DNA from: Calditrichia bacterium
Lineage (GTDB): Bacteria; Calditrichota; Calditrichia; JAJRVZ01
NCBI GenBank assembly: GCA_963777955.1
Contig: CAVZSQ010000016.1
Coordinates: 1-11,692 of the forward strand
Direction: 5' to 3'
Length of the DNA stretch: 11,692 nucleotides
In this document: one piece after another, positions 7,152-11,692 of the stretch
Numbering within the stretch: the stretch's first letter is position 1
How the letters are laid out: each line of letters starts with the position of its first letter
The notes under the pieces: generated by a model
What the model was told of the DNA's origin: nothing
Seen by the model: the letters and a program-made list of their open reading frames with translations, nothing else
The model's database searches: none
Translations under genes and position numbers: made by a program

Positions 7152-9879
7152 ATTTAATCAGAATCAACTTCCTCACCTTCGTCCGGAACGCCTGCAGTTT
7201 TACAAAATAGATCCCCGAAGCCAGGCCGGCGGCATTCAGTTCCACTTCATAATACCCCCGTTTCTGATTCTGATCCACCAGCACTCTCACCTCCCGGCCG
7301 AGCACATCGTACATGGTCAATTTTACCTTATGGTAAGCCAGTATTTCATAACTTATGTGTGTCACACCATTGAACGGATTAGGAAAATTGGGATAAAGAA
7401 TATCATCGCCAGGGGGTGAACGGAAAACTTCCGGATCAAAATTTATATCAGCAAGGCTTTGCATATTGCCCCAAATATCAAGACCCGTTTCACCGTGCCT
7501 GTTACTTTCAAATGTAAAGAACAGATTATCATCGAAAACCGCAGCACTATAAGAATGGGTCTCAATCGGGGTTAATTCTGTATTACGGTATAACCGGTAT
7601 AACTGTGACTGATGTTTATTATCATTGCAGAACCAGCCCAGCACCTCAGATCCTGAATTATAAGTTATGAAAGTCTTGCAATTCTTTGCCTGAACAATTT
7701 TTAACCGTATATCACCATAATCCCAACTATACCAGTGATTCTTAAATACATAAGTCTGATCAGTGGTGATTTTCCGCCAGATCTGTACCTGTTGACTATA
7801 ATCCCAGGCGACAATGTAGTCCCCGCTATCGGTCAAATAATTGTCCAGAGCATGTAAATTTGGCGGATAATCCCACTCATTGATGATCATAGTATCGCTG
7901 ACAACCGTTCCGGCCTGGTCATAGAATAATCCGTAAAGTGTCCGACCATTATCATAAACCTGGTGAGTCATAATACTCCAGGTGGCAAAAACGTTCAGGT
8001 CCTCATTTATCGACAGAACAACGGGCTCATGATAATAGACGCTGATCATAACTGTACAACGTTTTTATTGGTGAAACTGCCGTCAGATTCTTATTATACT
8101 TGCGCAGGCCGGCTGAACTCCGATTGTACCAGCAGACTAAAATCTGATCCTGCGCATTGACTTTTAAGCGGACCTGATTAGGATTATAATCTTCGTTCAC
8201 CATGACATTCGTACCTGTTTTATAACCCTGGGGATCGATCGCCTGTAAATAGATATTGCCCTCAAATATATTTTCGGCACCGCAAAAAGCGATAATAAAT
8301 GTTCCGTCCGTCAATGCATCTGCATGCTTGTCTCCGAAAGAGGTGTACCTTACGGCCGGGTCGTTGATTTGCCTGTTGGATCCCACGGGATTAAAATCAG
8401 GATCATAGACCTGGGCGTACAGATCATAACGACCGTTACGGTGGTCTTCCCACAGTACGATTGAACCCCCCTGCCGGTTAAAACAGACCAGCGGCTTATT
8501 CTGCCAGGCAGAGAATTGATCCATATTTACTTTAAGCGGTACAGATAACGGCTGCAGGTTTTGATCAAACCTTTGGCTAAAAACTTCGGTATCACCCCGA
8601 TGATAACGTAAAAAAGTTATAAAAAATTGACCTGTAAAAATATCTGCAATACTAACATCATGGACAAACAGAGAATCGGCCGGGTCCAGTTTATGGATGA
8701 GTGTTGCCCCCTGTAATTCTCCGGTTTTGCTGATTTTCTGACATCGCACCGTACCATTTCCCTGGTCAAAAGTAAAAATCCAGAAAGCATCATGCCTGTT
8801 TCCTGCCAGTAAATCAGAAAATAAATAGGAGTTGGCTGCTGAAATAGTTATCTGTTCTGAAAGCGTCTGATCCTGGCTGTGATATATCCGGGCCGTAGTG
8901 CCGCCATTGCCAAATTGATAATCATCACTATTCCAGACAATAAAAAAATCTCCGCCGTCCGCAGCTGTGATGGCAGGATCATAATGATTACGCGTATCCA
9001 GGCTGTCGCTGATCGTTATATTCCTGCCGGTTTTAAGGCCATTGCTGTCCAACCGCTGCAAAAATATTCTGGATACACTTTTTGTTATTCTTCTCCACAC
9101 TACCACATAATTGTTCTGCTCATCAACTGCCAAACAATGATAGTTAATATATATTGCCGGCTCATCCATTTCATCATTCAGGACGATGGCATCGCTCAGG
9201 GCAATTCCCGCTGAATCATAAAGCCGCGCATATATATTTTCCCTGCCGGATCTGGCAACCCAGCTCGACTAAAAAGCAGCCATTCCCGGCCAGCACCAGG
9301 GAAACTTCATCCGGATTCCATAATGATAAAATATCCAGGATTAAATTCCCCCCTACTTTTTACACCGCTGCTGGTAAATTTTTGAACTACCACATCATTA
9401 TACTTTTCACTCCAGGCCACCATAAAGTCGCCCCGCTTATTGGCCGCAATAAAAGGAGTGAAGTATATACTGCTGCATTCCTGATCGTTGACCAGTATAT
9501 TCGCCCCGATCCTTTCATCCCGGTTATTAAAAAACTGGACATATATATCGGCCCGGCCATTACGCTGATCGTTCCAGGCTATGGCATAGTTACCGCTGCT
9601 GTCACTGGCGATATTTGGATACCATTGCTCACAACCATAATCTCCGGCCAGCTCGTTAATCATAAAATCCTGTTTAAGCCACGGCAGCAATTCAAGAGTA
9701 TCCTGAACCAGCATTGGTTCATAGGCAGATGCCTGGGAGTGATCCGGATTAATGACGGCCGGGTCTGAAAATTCTGCGGGAGAATCGTTTCTGATCTGTG
9801 CCGGTAAGGGGTGTGGCATAATCAATCCGAGGCAAAAACCAATGAAAATAATCCATATCTTCGTTTTTGATCTGCTCAT
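7150..9879 (-). CDS. Paralogous secreted beta-repeat protein with T9SS type-A-like sorting domain, ~910 aa; frameshifts near 9359, 9266 and 8039
   Basis: Joins ORFs 9307..9879, 8027..9169 and 7150..8049. The rebuilt bridge SGVKVGGNLILDILSLWNPDEVSLVLAGNGCFLVSWVARSGRENIYARLYDSAG aligns with paralog 1. The last 81 aa are 64/81 identical to paralog 1. Confidence 0.87.
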
Positions 9880-9891
9880 GAATTTACCCTG

Positions 9892-11032
9892 CTAAAAATA
9901 AAAATTAAAACCCAGGCCAACCCGTTTGATCAGATCGGCTTTATTATAATCAATCGACCGGCTATCCGTGATCGTTGCTTCGATTCTGCGGTAATCGTAA
10001 TGAGCCTCGATCCACTGGTAATGGAAACGGACATTGGCAACCAGGGAAATCGATTCATTAAAAGAGTATTCCACCCCGAAAACCTAAAAAAACATGCACC
10101 GGGGAATTCAAATCTTGCAGATACTCCTCCCGGTTATCATCGATCCGTGCCAGCGGCGGTTGCGGCACAAATAACTCTTCAGACTTGTCGGTTACAAACG
10201 CAAACTGCTTGCCCGCCCCGGCCAGCAGATACGGACTGACCCTGTGCATACGTAATCCTGAAAAATAATATTTACAGCCGACGCTTATTTCGAATAACTT
10301 CAGATCATCGATTGAAAGGTATCCATTATCATTCTGATACGAACCATCAATAGCGAGATAATGTTCCTCCTGTTTCTGCCGGCTATAGGCGCGGGCGTAA
10401 CCCAGATCGCAGGTCAGCCGTACTTTTGGATAAATCATAAAAGCAACCTGTGCGTCCATTCTGGATTCATAATCGACATAGTAACTGCTGGCGGAACTTG
10501 GATAAATTCTGCCCGAAGCATATGGGATGTACAGCACTCCGAATGACCAGTGATACGGTGCAGTGCATTCCCCGGCCTGCCGGGCAGTGTCCAGCATTTG
10601 TTGCTGCTGCTGCTTTTGAGCCAGCTTTCGTGCTGTCGCTGCTGTTGCAGCTAGTTGCCAGTTGCAGTTTCTGCTGTTGCAGCGATTGCTGTTGCAGCAA
10701 TTGCAGCGGCAGCAATTGCTGCTGTTGTTTCAACTTTTCCCGGCGCCGGGCAATAAATTCCTGTACGTTCCTGTCGAAAATCCCCCCCTTAAACCACTGT
10801 CCGCCTGGAATACTGTTCCATGTTCAGCCAGCATGATTTTCTCTACTCCCGTTAAACCCAAATTAAGCCGTTCTGCACGCAGACTATAAGTAAGTATGAC
10901 CGCCGACTGCTGTAATTCGTCGACCAGACAGGGGAAGACTTTGCCCCCTTTCATAACGATCGTGTCGGGCCAGTACCTGGCCTGCTGAGCCAGCAATACC
11001 AGAGGCAGAACCAAAAAGAATAAGGTTTTCAT
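9892..11032 (-). CDS. Outer-membrane beta-barrel protein with an extra N-terminal domain and Gln/Leu-rich linker, ~380 aa; at least 3 frameshifts (~10785, ~10655, ~10080)
   Basis: Joins ORFs 10730..11032, part of 10467..10733, 10058..10597 and 9892..10074. SD AGAAAGGA. Shares WSFGVLY.P, DD.K.F..S.G.K.YFS, EEYL..LNSPVH.F.GF and ADLIKRVGLG.NFYF with 3990..4804. Confidence 0.83.
10598..10733 (-). repeat. CAG/CAA/CTG low-complexity coding tract (poly-Gln/Leu linker)
   Basis: Reads LKQQQQLLPLQLLQQQSLQQQKLQL...KQQQQQ on the minus strand. Confidence 0.8.
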
Positions 11033-11138
11033 AAGTTTCCTTTCTGAATGATAAAAGATACCTGTAAAGCAGGATAATGTATTCTGTTATGATTTAAATT
11101 ACCGCTAATAAGACCAATGTGAAAAATAACGCCTGAAT

Positions 11139-11167
11139 AATATAGAACATCACAAACGCCGTGTCAA
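11139..11167 (-). promoter_or_regulatory. Putative sigma70-type promoter for cassette 2
   Basis: Minus strand TTGACA-17 bp-TATATT; the boxes are conserved with 4958-4986 while most of the spacer has diverged. Confidence 0.78.
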
Positions 11168-11374
11168 TCAGATTAAAATTGCATTATCCGGAGGAGGTTA
11201 AAAAAGTAATACTGCAGTAAATAGATTTGGTTTCGTGAATATTCTCTGGTCTTTATTTTTTCAGGTCCCGGGGGCGGGGTGCCTGGATCCTGCTGATTTT
11301 TCTGGCAGGCTATTTTGCACTGCAGTGAGGTAATAATTGCCTATTCGGAATCCCTCTGCGCTGCGGCTTGTCTG

Positions 11375-11398
11375 GCGCCAGGTCTCCGACCTTTGCGC
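11375..11398. repeat. REP-like hairpin (AGGTC-TCC-GACCT core)
   Basis: 11377-11392 is the reverse complement of 5334-5349 (15/16); the same core occurs at 285-293. Confidence 0.55.
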
Positions 11399-11571
11399 TT
11401 AGGCCAGCCCCTTATCATCCCTTGCTTTTATAATACTTCATTAATACATTGTTTCTGTATTCCTGATAATCCTGATAGAAAATAATAATTAATATTCAGT
11501 ATAAATTACAGAGGTGATCATCCTGTCAGTCAGATCTGATATTTTCCTGATTAATTGATAGGGGATATAAA

Positions 11572-11692
11572 ATGAATCTATTCAGCACCAAAGGCAGAAT
11601 GGCCCGGTTAAGTTACGTCCTGCATTCCCTGGCGATTTCCTTTATTTTTATGCTGTGGATGATATTATTACCTGACTTATTCGCTGGCAGTG
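11572..11692 (+). CDS. DUF805-like inner-membrane protein, 5' partial (runs off the window)
   Basis: GGGGA SD at 11561; MNLFSTKGRMARLSYVLHSLAISFIFMLWMILLPDLFAGS matches the F...GR..R..Y plus TM-helix start typical of DUF805 proteins. Only 40 codons are visible. Confidence 0.7.
   Translation, partial: MNLFSTKGRMARLSYVLHSLAISFIFMLWMILLPDLFAGS

Overview
Bacterial accessory region encoding cell-surface proteins, almost all on the minus strand. It holds two diverged copies of a two-gene cassette (1328-4986 and 7150-11167): sigma70-like promoter, outer-membrane beta-barrel gene, 12-bp spacer, then a ~880-910 aa beta-repeat protein with a T9SS type-A-like C-terminal sorting domain. Between the copies lies a secreted CsgG/TolB-N-like plus FGE-sulfatase-domain gene. 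A lipoprotein gene lies at the left, and a partial DUF805-like gene starts at the right edge on the + strand. Five of the six complete genes are split by short indels (at least 9), most likely long-read assembly errors; they can be rebuilt from their paralogs or from conserved motifs. The intergenic DNA is the most unusual part: GG/CC dinucleotide ladders with strict 8-bp phasing, several REP-like hairpin families, and an 85-bp segment that occurs twice (84/85 identical) in opposite orientation between same-orientation flanks, bounded in one copy by 31-bp inverted repeats. No transposase, recombinase, reverse transcriptase, CRISPR array, rRNA or tRNA is visible. CTD style, Shine-Dalgarno sites and canonical -35/-10 boxes suggest a Calditrichota/KSB1/Ignavibacteria-like host rather than Bacteroidota (inference). 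All family calls are by eye; no searches were run.
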